A DNA stretch of 64,000 nt, from contig OZ024740.1 of NCBI GenBank assembly GCA_964016885.1, positions 425,134,001-425,198,000 of the forward strand, read 5' to 3'. This DNA comes from Eledone cirrhosa. Lineage: Eukaryota. Position 1 is the first letter of the stretch, and each line of letters opens with the position of its first letter. Of this stretch, positions 10,732-22,465 are shown piece by piece. A program made the translations under genes and the position numbers. Under the pieces are notes generated by a model that was not told the DNA's origin, searched no databases, and saw only the letters and a program-made list of their open reading frames with translations.

Positions 10732-12512
10732 TTACCTCTCTGCGTCCCGGGTATCGGGCTGCACAATTTCCATTAGGGTGGGGGATAGGTTGTTGGGTGG
10801 GGTGGTGGTTTGTGGAAGTGTAGGGGCATCAGTGTGTTGTGTGGTTGGGGAGCTTGGAGTAGTGTGGGTGTTTGGGAGGGGGTGGGGTAGTTTTTTTAGG
10901 AGGACACGGTTAATGGGCCCGACGCAGGGGGGACCCACGTCCTCTTTAAAATTGTTTTTTAAAGTTTTATAGGTGTCCTGTGGGGCCTTAATCATTTTGA
11001 GGTGGGGGAAATCCCCTGCCTGGGTGAAGTTAGGCCCTTGTGTTTTTATTAGATTGTTGTTGTACACAATGTTTAACAGTTTTTTGTTTCTTGTGTTTAT
11101 GTATGAGTATGCATGTTTTTGTTTTTGTGTGGTGTTTTTTGTTTGCTGTTGTTGTGAGCTCTTTTGTGTTGGTGTCAGTGTCATGTTTTGGGGAGGGGTT
11201 GTTTTCATTTGTGTGTCTGAGGTGTGTTTTCTTTTTTTTCTTTTGATTGTGTGGAAGTGCTCCTCCTCGTCTGACGACGAACTAGGGTCATCTTCCGCGT
11301 TGGAGGGGAGGGGTATATTTTCGGGTTGTGTTTGCGGTGCGGGTGTTTTGGAAATTGTTTTTGTTTTTTGAGTGGAGGGGATGGGTTGGACATTGTTTTG
11401 TTTTGGTTTGAGCTGTGGTGGTTGTTTTTGTAGTGGTAGTTTTGGTGATTGTGTTGGTTGTGCAGTTGTTGGTGGTGTAGGCAGGATTGGGGTTTTCTTA
11501 TTAAGTTGGGGACAGACAGCCCTCAGGTGACCTCTGGTTCCGCAGAGGTAACACGAGGGCCGTCTACCCTCAACGGTAATGTTGATGAAGGATAGATCAT
11601 CCAGTATGACGCGTTCAGGGATCTGGGCGATCCTTTCGGGCCTCATTTGAACTACAAGTTCGAGGCTCGTTCCACTGAACGCGTCACCCGATGCCTTTCC
11701 CATGGACACCAGCATGTCATCCTCCAGGTCCAGGAAACCTGTCAAAACCCACCATATGTCCATAATCGGCAGGATGGTGTGGATTTTTATTTTTTGTGTT
11801 CTTCTACCCATGTACGTAGGGTAGAAGGTGTATGCGGTGGATGTGATTGGTTTGATGGACAGTTTCACTGCTGTGTCCTTGTCCTTCATGAGAATGGATA
11901 GACTCCCGTAGAGTCTATCCTTCTGAATGAAGGTGATGTCCTTCATGACGTCTTTTAAAACCAGCTCTATCTCACTCTGTGATGGTTGAGCTGGCTTTTT
12001 ACTTTTGTTCGAGATTGTCCTAAACATGACCGTGTTTAGGAGTCTCTGGCTTTTTAGTTCCGGGGGGGGGGGGAATGAATTGTGAATGAACCATTTTCTC
12101 CGTACACTATATATTTTTTCGCATCTGCCAGTAGCTCCTTCGCTTTGGTTATATCTAATGGCAGATAGTCGAGGGTTTTCCTTGTCGTCTCGGCGAAGGA
12201 GAAATTTTGTTTGTTTGTGTTGTTGTTGTTATCATTGTTGTTGTTGTCACCGTTATTGGTCTTGTTGTTGTTGTTATTGTTATTGGTGTTGTTTTCGTCC
12301 GTCGCATTGTTGTTGTTGTTGCTGTTGCTGGTGCCGCTGGTTCTTTGGTTTGTTGCCATGGCAACGTCAAGTTGTCGGTTAACAGGTGGAGAGAATTCTT
12401 CCTCTGGCTGACCTTTCTTCTTGACCTCTGCTACTGTGACAGTGGCAGGGGGAAGCTGTAAGTTTATCTTCCCCTTTCCTCCTTCGAATTTTGGTGAAGA
12501 AGCTTCGGCCAT
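10732..12512 (-). pseudogene. Tx1-B ORF1, one frameshift at the G-run 12062-12073
   Basis: ORFs 12054-12512 and 10732-12027; knuckle CYLCGTRGHLRAVC. Confidence 0.88.
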
Positions 12513-12729
12513 TTAAAAAAAATATTGACTTTTCAACAAGAAAAAACTTTTTTTTTTTGGTTTAACTATTTCGCCTAAAGGCGTAGAATATTTTGAGAGA
12601 CTGACCAGATCAAAGTTTGACCTGGCAGTCCCTCTACAAAATGGTACAAAAATTAAAGTTAACAGACAAGAATTTCTATAGAAATTTAAACAGAACTTAC
12701 TCAGCAAGTTATACGCGTGTGTCCATCCC

Positions 12730-12737
12730 AGATAAAC

Positions 12738-12816
<79 letters not shown>

Positions 12817-12846
12817 CAGACAGATATGTATGTGTGTGTGTGTGTG
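12730..12846. repeat. (GATA)n/(GT)n microsatellite at the 5' junction of Tx1-B
   Basis: Read directly. Confidence 0.95.
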
Positions 12847-12884
12847 GATTATCGTACTGGCAACAGTGAGCAGTACAGTACATA

Positions 12885-13745
12885 TCCTACAGAGAAGTAA
12901 ATTCCGAAGCTGCTAGACGAATTAGTCGACTCAACCAAGATGAGTTTCAAACCAAAAAAATCCTCGAGACTCTAATTTCAGGCCCTAAATGTAGGTGAAA
13001 CAGTCATATTCCCTGTAATCAATGAGGCCATTTCAACAATATGAGAGGAACCAGTCAAGAATCTTGGAAGTTTGTATGATGATTGTGAAAAAATGCATGA
13101 AAGAGAAATGAAACTAAAAAACAGCGAAATATAAAAATGTCTTCAAGTAATAGACCATTTTGATCTCTCTGGTAAATGTAAAGCTTACAGCTTGAATTTC
13201 ATGTTGATCTCAAACTTCTCTGGTCACTGCCAATATACGATATCTGCACTAGTACAGTAATGTCTGCAAGTTATAGACCAGTGTGATCTCTCTGGTAAAT
13301 GTAACGTCTGAAGCCTGCAGTTCATGTTGATCTCAACTCTTTAATGGTCTCTTCCAATATACAATATCTACAGTAATGTCTGCAAGTAATAGTTCAGTGT
13401 GATCTCTGTATAACTTGAAGCTTGAAGTTCAGGTTTATCTGAAATCTTCTCTGGTCTCTGCCAAGATACACTATCAGCAATAATTCAGTAATAACGATGG
13501 AAGCAAACAAACATAAATGAGGAAATGGCTTCGTGTCCTACCTTATCTCGCCGATGTTGCACTCTACTACCATCGAACAATTCTTATTATACCACTAAAG
13601 TATATTGTAGAGGAGTATAATAAGATTGGAAAAGCAATCCTGGAGCATACTTAACGACTCAGGAAACTTGGTTGTGTGGTTAATCATGGCAAATTGAATA
13701 TTGGCAGAAAATGGAAAATGCTGCAAAGAAAAGCTGGAAATCAGA
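12885..13745 (+). mobile_element. Decayed RLE-type non-LTR RT fragment (HERO/NeSL-like) with an internal ~120-bp triplication
   Basis: Broken frames read MSFKPKKS, EEPVKNLG, LSGKCK, RKWLRV..LADVALY and KYIVEEY. The segment caagt..g(tg)atctctctggtaaatgtaa recurs at ~13145, ~13267 and ~13383. Confidence 0.55.
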
Positions 13746-13892
13746 GAAAGAACACGACACACACGCACCATCTACAGGCAGTAAGTTTAGTAATAATAGA
13801 AAGGTTGTGAAAGTGAACTGCCTTCCTCTTAGCTAGTTCTGCTTTAAGAGCAGCCTTTTCCTTAGTGCGAGCACTTTTCTTCTGGACGACAT

Positions 13893-14060
13893 TAGAGGGT
13901 CGGACGCCATGCTTACGCATAGAGTTACGGCCCTTGTCATTCTGAGTACAAATCCCGCGGAGGTTAACTTTGCCTTTCATCCTTACGGGGTCGATAAAAT
14001 AAAGTACCAGTAATGCACTGGGTAATTGCTGGTCTTGTGCCAAAAAGTAGAAACAATTAT
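13893..14060 (+). mobile_element. tRNA-derived SINE (family 1), 5'-truncated
   Basis: B-box-like GAGTACAAATCC, core GCCTTTCATCCTTACGGGGTCGATAAAATAAAGTACCAG and tail AAGTAGAAACAATTA. Confidence 0.85.
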
Positions 14061-15038
14061 ATTTTACTACTTGTCAAGAGACGAAACATTAGTATTATTT
14101 GTTTATGTCCTGTAATCTAACAATTTGCAAATAGAGATAAACGACATATGTGCTGGAGATGGAGTCCAGTAACTAAAAAGAAAAATATTCTGTTCTTGTC
14201 TAACTCTCTTAATTTACCCACTTTCCCTGTCGCACGATTCTGTTCCACATTTTTCGTTCTATTTTTCCATTGCAATCTTTTTCTTGTTTATCGTACTTAC
14301 CTGGTACTATTTCATAGCCGTGGTCCTGTGGGACAAGCGGCTCTGTTGCTTAAAGGGTTGAAACTGTGTTTGAGCCTCGTAAAATGACAGACAGGGACGT
14401 AGATGTCTCGTTGCTTTGTTTACATTGTCTGATAATGCAGTTTTGCATATTTATTCAACACGATGCAGATAAAACTCTTTCAACTTGCTGCTGATATAAG
14501 TTTGCACATCCACCCCCATGTGAGATTTGTAATCCTTTAACACTGCTCGTGTCTCTCTGCGATTCTTATCCGTTCTTTCTGCCTTTCTTTCTCACCCTTT
14601 CCGCCCCCCAACTTTCTATCCATCTCCCCTTTCTCATTTTCTCTGTTCCTGTCTCTTTCTTCATCTCTCTCCCTCTCTTTGACTACAATGTAATCTGCCA
14701 CAGGTGGGCCGCCCTTACCACCTGTGCCTTCTATCAGAGCTGCTTCTGCTATCTTCACTTCTTGTCTTTCTTTTGTCTGTGACAAGGAAAATGGGAAGAC
14801 GTGTATGATATGTTTTCTCCCTTACCAAATGTTCTAAATGTTCTTACACGTTATTGTAGTGCGTCTCTTCCATTGTTTCTCACTTGAAACACTAACGTTT
14901 TAGTTGCTTATCGTTTATTTGAGTATTGTTTTAACTTCAGTCACAATACGTTATTGTTTAAAATCTTTCTTGTTTACGTCCCTTGTTTCCCTTCCTTTCC
15001 CTGTCGAAGGATCCCTGTCTTATATTTTCTGCACAATT

Positions 15039-15332
15039 GAGGGCAGTGGATTAGCAGTAATTGGTAGAGCATCGGACATCATACTTTGTGGCATATAGTT
15101 ATGTTCTGAGTTCAAATCCTGCCGAGATTAGCTTTCCCTTTCATCCTTACATACTTAAGATAAAGTACCAGTCACGTACTGAGGTCGATTAAATCGCCCT
15201 CCCCCACCAAAAAAAAAGCGCTGCCTTGTCACTATAGTAGAAATCATTATCGCTAAAATAATTGTCGATAAAATGAAGTACCAGTAATACCCTGGGATAA
15301 TTGCTGGCCTTGTGCAAAAAGTAGAAACATAT
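15039..15332 (+). mobile_element. SINE family 1 copy plus a second 3' fragment
   Basis: Degenerate A box, GAGTTCAAATCC, core and tail. Confidence 0.8.
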
Positions 15333-15741
15333 TATTCCTGTTTATAAATTTCTAGTTGTTGAAAATAATCCACAAGTTTGTCGTCCACACTCTCTTCCTT
15401 TTGTCCTTAATCCGCCACCAAACACTTGAATTATTGTAGACGTTTTATATATTTCTGTTACACCTGAACAACTTAACAGGTATCTCCTCTAAAATTGTTA
15501 GCTTTGTGTCTAAATTGGAAAACAATATTTTCTGCCATATTTTCTATTCCCAATTATTTTTCTTCTTTGCTGGTGGCTATATCATAGCCATGGGCTATAC
15601 CATGGCCATGGGCTATATGATGCAAGGAAGTTCTATTGCTTAATAGACCTAAACACCGTTGATAACAGGGATGTACTAGTCTGTCCTTTTAGTTTACATT
15701 TTCCGATGAAGACGTTCTTTTACGCACACAGACACACACCC

Positions 15742-15775
<34 letters not shown>

Positions 15776-16056
15776 ATCTCTCTCTCTATATATATATATA
15801 GAGAGAGAGATAGAGAGATAGATAAATTTCTATTTATTTGCCACGAGGGCACAAAAGGAGGGGACATTTACACAGTGGGGGAGTTTACATAAATCGAGTA
15901 AAGAAAAAAGGAATAGCAATAATAATATAACAATAAAAAGTCCTCAAAAGGGAGGGGGCGTGTTGGGGATTGCACATACCCCCGAAAAGTGTGCAACTCT
16001 TTTCGCGGGGGAAGCCCAGAGAGGAGGCGCTCCCCCTTTCCTCTTCACTTCTTCAC

Positions 16057-19000
16057 CTACAGAACAATGTAGAGAGAAGGCCCATTTACACGGGCCATTC
16101 TCGCTTCTTTCACCCACCTTTCATAAAACTGTCTGGGACCAAGCACTTCTCTCTCCATCCTGATCCTTCTTCCGAAGTGGTATCGGAAGAAGTAAACCAG
16201 GTGATGGCCGGAGAGAAAGTCACCCGACCTCAGACCTTTCAGGCGCGTCCACCACACAACCTCTTTCATCATGGCTATTACGCACAGAAAGACCGCCTCT
16301 GCTTCATTTCTGAAGGGAGGAGGCGGCTTGATGTTCACCACAGACTCGACGGTTAATCGAATCGGCGCCACACGCGACAGCAGTCGTTCGACGTAGCCCC
16401 ACAGATCGGCAACGCCCGGGCAGTGTACCAGTGCATGCGCAACGGTTTCCTCGTCGCGCACGCATCTGGGACAGATCTTTTTCACGGGATCCCTGCCCGG
16501 GCGCCCGTGTCTGTTCTTTTACGCACACAGTTCTACCGAACAGGCTGGCCAGTTCGTCCTCCTCCATGCCTAGCGACTCTCCAAGGGTGTCGTCGCCCTT
16601 GCTAGCCACCAACCCTCTATAGAATGTCGAGGTGGATTCTCCACTGACAGTCGGGTCCGCTTGCCAGATAGCCGTGAGCGCCTGGGCACACTCGGTGTGC
16701 CAGTTGCCTAGTTTTCTCGGTCTTTGCTTCACCCAGGATTGCAGTTCGGTGAGCGAGACGAGCTGTGGGAAGGCTCGCCTCACAAACGGGGCCCACACCG
16801 GCTGACCGTTGAGGAATACCTGTAGATGCCGTAGCCTCAATGCGTGCCTACGCATCAACAGCCACGGCATACCCAGCCTCCTTTCGAAGGGTGCTGGCAG
16901 CAGATGGATCTCCTCACCATGGGAGGCCGCTTCTTCCAGAGGAACTGGAAGAGCATGCGTTCCATGATGGTGAGCTTTTCCTTGGGGCAAGGCACGACGG
17001 TCAGGCGGTAGTAGATGACGGACGCTATGTAAGCGTTCGTCACCTCCGCCCGACCTTTCAGTGATAGTTTGCACTTGGCCCACTTCTGGGTCAGCGCAAA
17101 CACCCTGCTCGTCACCTCGCCCCAATTCTTCTCCACCTGGAGGTCCGGTCCGAACCAGACCCCGAGCAGCTTCACTGGGCCCTCCGTCCACCGCCCGACG
17201 ACACCGTCTAACGGCATCGGTTTGCCCCTCCACGTTCCGAGTTGCAAACCGACTGACTTGTCCTGGTTCAGCTTAGCCCCCGTCAGCCTTTCGTATTCCT
17301 CCAGTAGGGTGGCGATCGCCCCGATTTCCGAGGCGTCCGCCACCATTACTGTTACGTCGTCGGCATAGGCCGAGACCGCTTTGTGCAATCCCAGTTCCAG
17401 GGGTATGCCCCGCAGCAACTCCAACTTCCGCAGCAGTGGCTCGAGAGTCAATACGTACAGAAGGGAGGAGAGGGGGCACCCCTGTCTGATGGATCGGGTG
17501 ATTTGAAACGGCTCCGAGAGGTAGCCGTTTACTTTAATCCTAGAGTAGATGTTGCCACTGTGCATGGCAGAAATCCAGCCCCTGAAAACGGGTCCGAAGC
17601 CCGCCGCCGCTAGCACCGCATCCAGGTAACCATGGTCGACCCTATCGAACGCCTTAGATTGATCCAAGTTGATCAGGGCCCCACCAAAGCCGGGTTCGTA
17701 GCCAACCCTCTCTATGATGTATCGCATGAGGTGGAGGTTGTCGTGAATGGACCTGGACGGGATAGCGCATGTCTGCGCGTCTCCCACCAAACCACCCACC
17801 ACAAGCGCCAACCTCTTCGCCAACACCTTGGCCAAAATCTGTAACTCTGCATTCAGCAGAGTTATGGGCCTAAAGTTACTTAAGTCGTCCCCCTTGCTCT
17901 CGTCCTTCCTCACTAGCGTGACCACGCCCTTGGTCACAGAACAGGGAATTCTCCCGTTCTGTTGCCAGTTGCAATAGACAGCCTCGAGGAGTTCGGAGAA
18001 CAAGACCGGCATAGCTAAATAAAGTTCGTATGGTAGACCATCGAGACCCGGGGATTTGCGTCTGCTGCATTGGCTGAGCGCTTCCCCGATTTCAGTGGCT
18101 GCGATTGGCCTTTCGCAGCACTCCGCTTCGCCGCTCGAAAGACGCGGTAGACCGTCGAGGTATGGACCGAAGTCCACATCCCCGTCCGGCCCCCCGCCAC
18201 GTCCGAACAGTCGAGCAAAGTGCCTTTGAAAGGTCTCGCACATTCGCTCAGGTTCAAGGATCACCCGTCCATCCTGGTCTCGCAAAGACCGAATGGTGGA
18301 TTTAATCCCACTCTTGGCTTCTGTCACGCGGGCCCAGCTAACAGCTTTGATCCCCTCGTTTCCTAAAGCACGTATTTTACTTCGGACAACGCAGCCTTCG
18401 TGCTTCGCGTCAAAGAACTGGCTCAACGCCGTTCTCGTCGCTAACACTCTGGCTACGTCTCCGCTCCTAATCGCCTCTTCTAGTTTATCTGTTAACTCCC
18501 TTTCCTTCCTATTTCTATTCGCCGCTAGTTCCTTACTGTAACCTATCGAACTTACTCTAATCTCTGTCTTTAGAGATACCCACCACCTCCTGTTGACGAT
18601 CGCTCCCGTCAACCGCATCTTAACTAAGCTACTAATCCGGTTTCTGTAATCTTTCTTTGTCGGTAAGGACAAGTTCATCTTCCAGTAACCGGGACCCTGT
18701 CTATGCGTTCTATCAAGGTTGACCACGCAGGTCACTAATTTGTGATCTGAATAGCCAACCATGATCAGTTCTGGACAACTAAATACGTCCCTATCCTTAC
18801 TCCTAACCAAAAACCTATCTAGGTACGATCTAGATTGTCCACTGCGGTTTGCCCAGGTCCAGGTTGGCGCAGTTGGACAATCTAGTCGAAATCTATCGAC
18901 CAGGTCGAATCGATCGAGTAACCCCTTGAGGCTGCTACACCCCCCTCTATCGGGACATGCCCCTGCATAGTCCCAACGCGCATCTAGGATTCCATTCCAG

Positions 19001-19432
19001 TCCCCCACTAAAAGCAGGGAACGCGACGTTCCTAGAAAAGTCTCCAGACGCTGGAAGAAGTCGGCTCTTTCCGCCCCGAAGGGAGCATAAAGACCGACCA
19101 GTCTGAAAGCCCCGCCTTCACCGCCTCCGACGTCCAGCACCAGTAATCGACCCCCCGGGTCCGAGTGAACAATCTGTACGTCGAGAGTCAGACGTTTATC
19201 CAGCAGTACGGCAACTCCCCCCCCCCCCCCCCCCGCCTCGGGGTTGACAGAGAGATGCGTGCATCTCAAAGTCATCGAAGGCGGGCGCCAGCTGTCTCAC
19301 GCTGCTGATCCGACTCTCGCAAACAACCATCACATCTATACTTTGTGACCTGAGGTCACTTAGAAGCTTTGCTTGCTTCCAAGCTGAGCCCAGGCCACGC
19401 GCGTTCAAACAGCCAACTCTCAATTGATCTAT
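16057..19432 (-). pseudogene. Tx1-C ORF2, disrupted
   Basis: ATA at the position where B has ATG. Frameshifts at ~19250 and ~16870, and an ~87-bp deletion with filler at ~16515-16530. RT motifs (YADD) intact in 16855-19275. Confidence 0.9.
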
Positions 19433-21265
19433 TTTGGTGTTGAAAGTGAAGAAAGAAAAGCACTTACCTCTCCGGGTTGCGTAATTTCCATGGCATCAGG
19501 TGTGTTAGGTGGAGGGATGTTTTGTGGTGGTGTGGGGGTACACGTGTGTGGTGGGGTTGGGGTATTTGGAGTTGTGTCAGGGAGAGGGGCGGTTATGGGG
19601 AAATCTTTCAAGAGGACGCGATTCAACGGTTTTAAACAGGGGGGGGGGGGGGCTCACGTCCCGTCTAAATTGTTCTTTTAAGGAACGATAAAGGTCCAGA
19701 GGGACCTTTATCATTTTTAAATGGGTGAAGTTCTCTGTTGAGATAAAGTTTGGCCCTTCGGTCTGCACCATAGGGTTATTGTTTATTAACTTAACCAGTT
19801 TTTTGTTTTCTTTATTTATATATGTGTATTGCAACGTCTTTTTTTGTGATGCTGTCAATGTTTCGGAGAGGGGAGGCGCAGATTTATTTTTGTTTGTTGA
19901 GGGTGGGGTGTTTTTGATTGGAGTTGGTGTTTGTGTGTGGGTTATTTGTGGTGTGCTGGGTGTGTGTTTTCTTTTTTTTCTTTTAACTTGTCTGAAGGCT
20001 TCTCCTCCTTCTTCTTCAGAAGTTGGGGGAAACTCTTCAGCGCTAGGTGGGAGGGACGTGTTGTGTGGTTGTTTTTTTTTTGCGGGAGGGGTAGATTTGT
20101 TACTGTTTTTTTAATTATTTGTTTGGAATGGGTTTTGTGGTGGTGGTGGTAATGTTTGTGTCGTGCTTGTGGTTGGTGATGGTGGTGTTTGTGTTGTGGT
20201 TGGTGGTGGTGATTTTTGTGTCGTGCTTGTGTTTGGTGCTGGTGGTGGTGATGTTTGTGTTGTGTTTGTGGTTGGTGGTGCCTGTATTTTGTTTGCTGTG
20301 TGTAGTATTAGTGTATTTTTGGAGATGGGTGGTGTTGGTGTACTATTTGTGGTGGGTGTGGGCAATAGTCCTTTTTGGAGGATACGTTTCGGGCAGTTAG
20401 CCTTAACGTGTCCCCTTTCCATGCATAAATAGCATGCTGGTCTTCTCCCCTCTACAATTATGTCTATTGGGGTAAGGTCATCCAGCCAGATGCGATCCGG
20501 GATTTGTGCTATTCTTTCGGGCCTCATTTGGACTAGTATGTCGAGGCCCATTCCCAGGAACGCATCTCCAGTTGCCTTCCCCATTGACAGCATTGTGTCT
20601 TCGCCCATATCAATGAAGCCAGCAATAGCCCACCAGAAGTCCATTGTGGGCAGCATTGTTTTTACTTTTACTCTCTGTGTTCTTCTACCCATGTAGGAGG
20701 GATAGAAGCTATATGTTGTCGATGAGAGTGGGCTTAGGGAAAGCTTCTCCGCCGTTTCCCTGTCTCTTGTTAGGACCGAAATGCTGCCATAGAGTCGGTC
20801 CTTTCGTATGAAGAGAATATTCTTCATATAGTCTTTTAGGACTAACTCTATTTCCATTTGGCTGGGCTGTGCTGGCTTTCTTGTCTGGTTCAGTATAGTT
20901 CTGTAGAGAACTGTGTTTTCTGCTCTGGCTTTCTTGAATTCTGGGGGGGGGGAGTTAATAGAAAACATTCCGTTCTCCCCCAAAACAATGTGTTTCTTTG
21001 CTTCGGCCAGTTTTTCTCTGGCGGCAGTTAGGTCAATTGGTGTGTATGTAATGGATTGTTTTGTTTTCTGGGCGAAAGTTGCCCTGTTGTTATTTGTATT
21101 ATTTTCTGTTTGTTTGTTTTCTGTTTGCTCATTTTCCTTAACATTTGTTTTTTCATTTTCTTTGTTTGTTTCATTGTCTTATTTTGTTGTAATTATTTTT
21201 TGTTCTTCAGACTTGGGGGGCGTGGCAGAGCTAATGGCAGACATGTCTGCCATCTTTTCCGCCAT
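19429..21265 (-). pseudogene. Tx1-C ORF1, frameshifted
   Basis: Start MAEKMADMSA at 21265 and knuckle CYLCMERGHVKANC. Pieces 20111-20983, 19577-19858 and 19429-19626 are homologous to B ORF1. Confidence 0.85.
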
Positions 21266-21466
21266 GCTGCCAAGAAAGAAATTTTTCGGCAAAAATAGAT
21301 ATTTATTTTACCCCCTAAAAAGGGGGTAAATGCAAAAATGTTTCCCTAAAAAACAGCGGTTAGTGTTCCAAATGTGTTGCACTGAAAAATTTATCCGGTA
21401 CTTACAATAGTAAGGGTAAATCCCGATGGAATAGCGGAGCCGATGTGAAGCGTGTCTTACTCTATC

Positions 21467-21497
<31 letters not shown>

Positions 21498-21510
21498 CAG
21501 TAATAATAAT

Positions 21511-21696
21511 AATAATTGTTTCTATTTTTGGCACAAGGCCAGCAATTATCCCAGTGTATTACTGGTACTTTATTTTATCGACCCTGTTAGGATGAAAGGC
21601 AAAGTTAACCTCGGCGGGATTTGAACTCAGACCATAAAAGGCCGTAACTCTTTGCTGCAAAGCATAGTGTCCGACCCTCTACCGATACTGCAAATC
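21511..21696 (-). mobile_element. SINE family 1
   Basis: Reverse complement of the SINE consensus. Confidence 0.88.
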
Positions 21697-21703
21697 AATA
21701 ATA

Positions 21704-21736
<33 letters not shown>

Positions 21737-22465
21737 GTGTGTGTGTGTGTGTTACGTAATTCCAAAGGAAAAGCTAAGGAAAAAAGAGTGCTCTATGTAT
21801 AGAACAGAGCTATTTAATGAGAAAGTGAACAACACAAAATATAACTACTTCAAAGGTTTCTGGATCACAGTCGACAATAATATACGTCTGGATTGTTCGT
21901 CAGACAGAGATGGTATAGATATAAGATATGAACCCCAGGAATATTTTGTAATGGAGTAGTTATATTTTCTGTTGTTCACTTTCTAACTATATATATATAT
22001 ATCAGTAATAATATATTCAAAGACCACAATCCAGAGAGAACACGTTGAGAGTTTTATATACATAATTATATATAAACCCGTAAAGCATATGTTTATTTTT
22101 AATACTGATTAAAAATTTAAGCAAGTTATTTCTGCTTTCATCTAAGTCGGTTCATACACTTACCTGGACGAAGATGTATAGAAGGAAGCGGTGTATATTT
22201 GGCTCACATCTTAGCTGAAAACCTTTTTTTGAAAACATTAAGGAGATAGCCGAAGTGTGCAATGATGTACTTTTCTGCTCTCTGTTAGAGAATATAATTA
22301 AATATAAGTAAACACAAGAAAACAAACGGATTACTGAACACAGCTTTTGTTTGGAAAGCTAGTGCGACAATGGGGAATGTTATAAGAACGGGAAATTAAT
22401 ATAAGGCTTGAATGTGTACACGGCTATATTTCTGGCGAATAAGGACTAAAAATACCGTAGTGAAT

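Larger units (their letters stand above)
7007..12729 (-). mobile_element. Full-length Tx1-clade LINE, copy B, inserted in (GATA)n
   Basis: 5' UTR, ORF1, ORF2 and a 3' UTR ending GGTGGCAAATAAAAGAAAC. (GATA)n lies on both sides. Confidence 0.93.
15826..21467 (-). mobile_element. Full-length Tx1-clade LINE, copy C, in a (GATA)/(GA)/(TA) microsatellite
   Basis: Closely similar to copy B in ORF2 and 3' UTR (GTGGCAAATAAATAGAAAT). (GATA)n at 21469-21496 and GATAGATA at the 3' junction. Confidence 0.93.

Noticed and set aside
21860-21910. CTGACGA hammerhead-like start on the minus strand (also CTGATGA at ~33975 and ~55565)
   Set aside because: GAAA and stem III are missing or misplaced.
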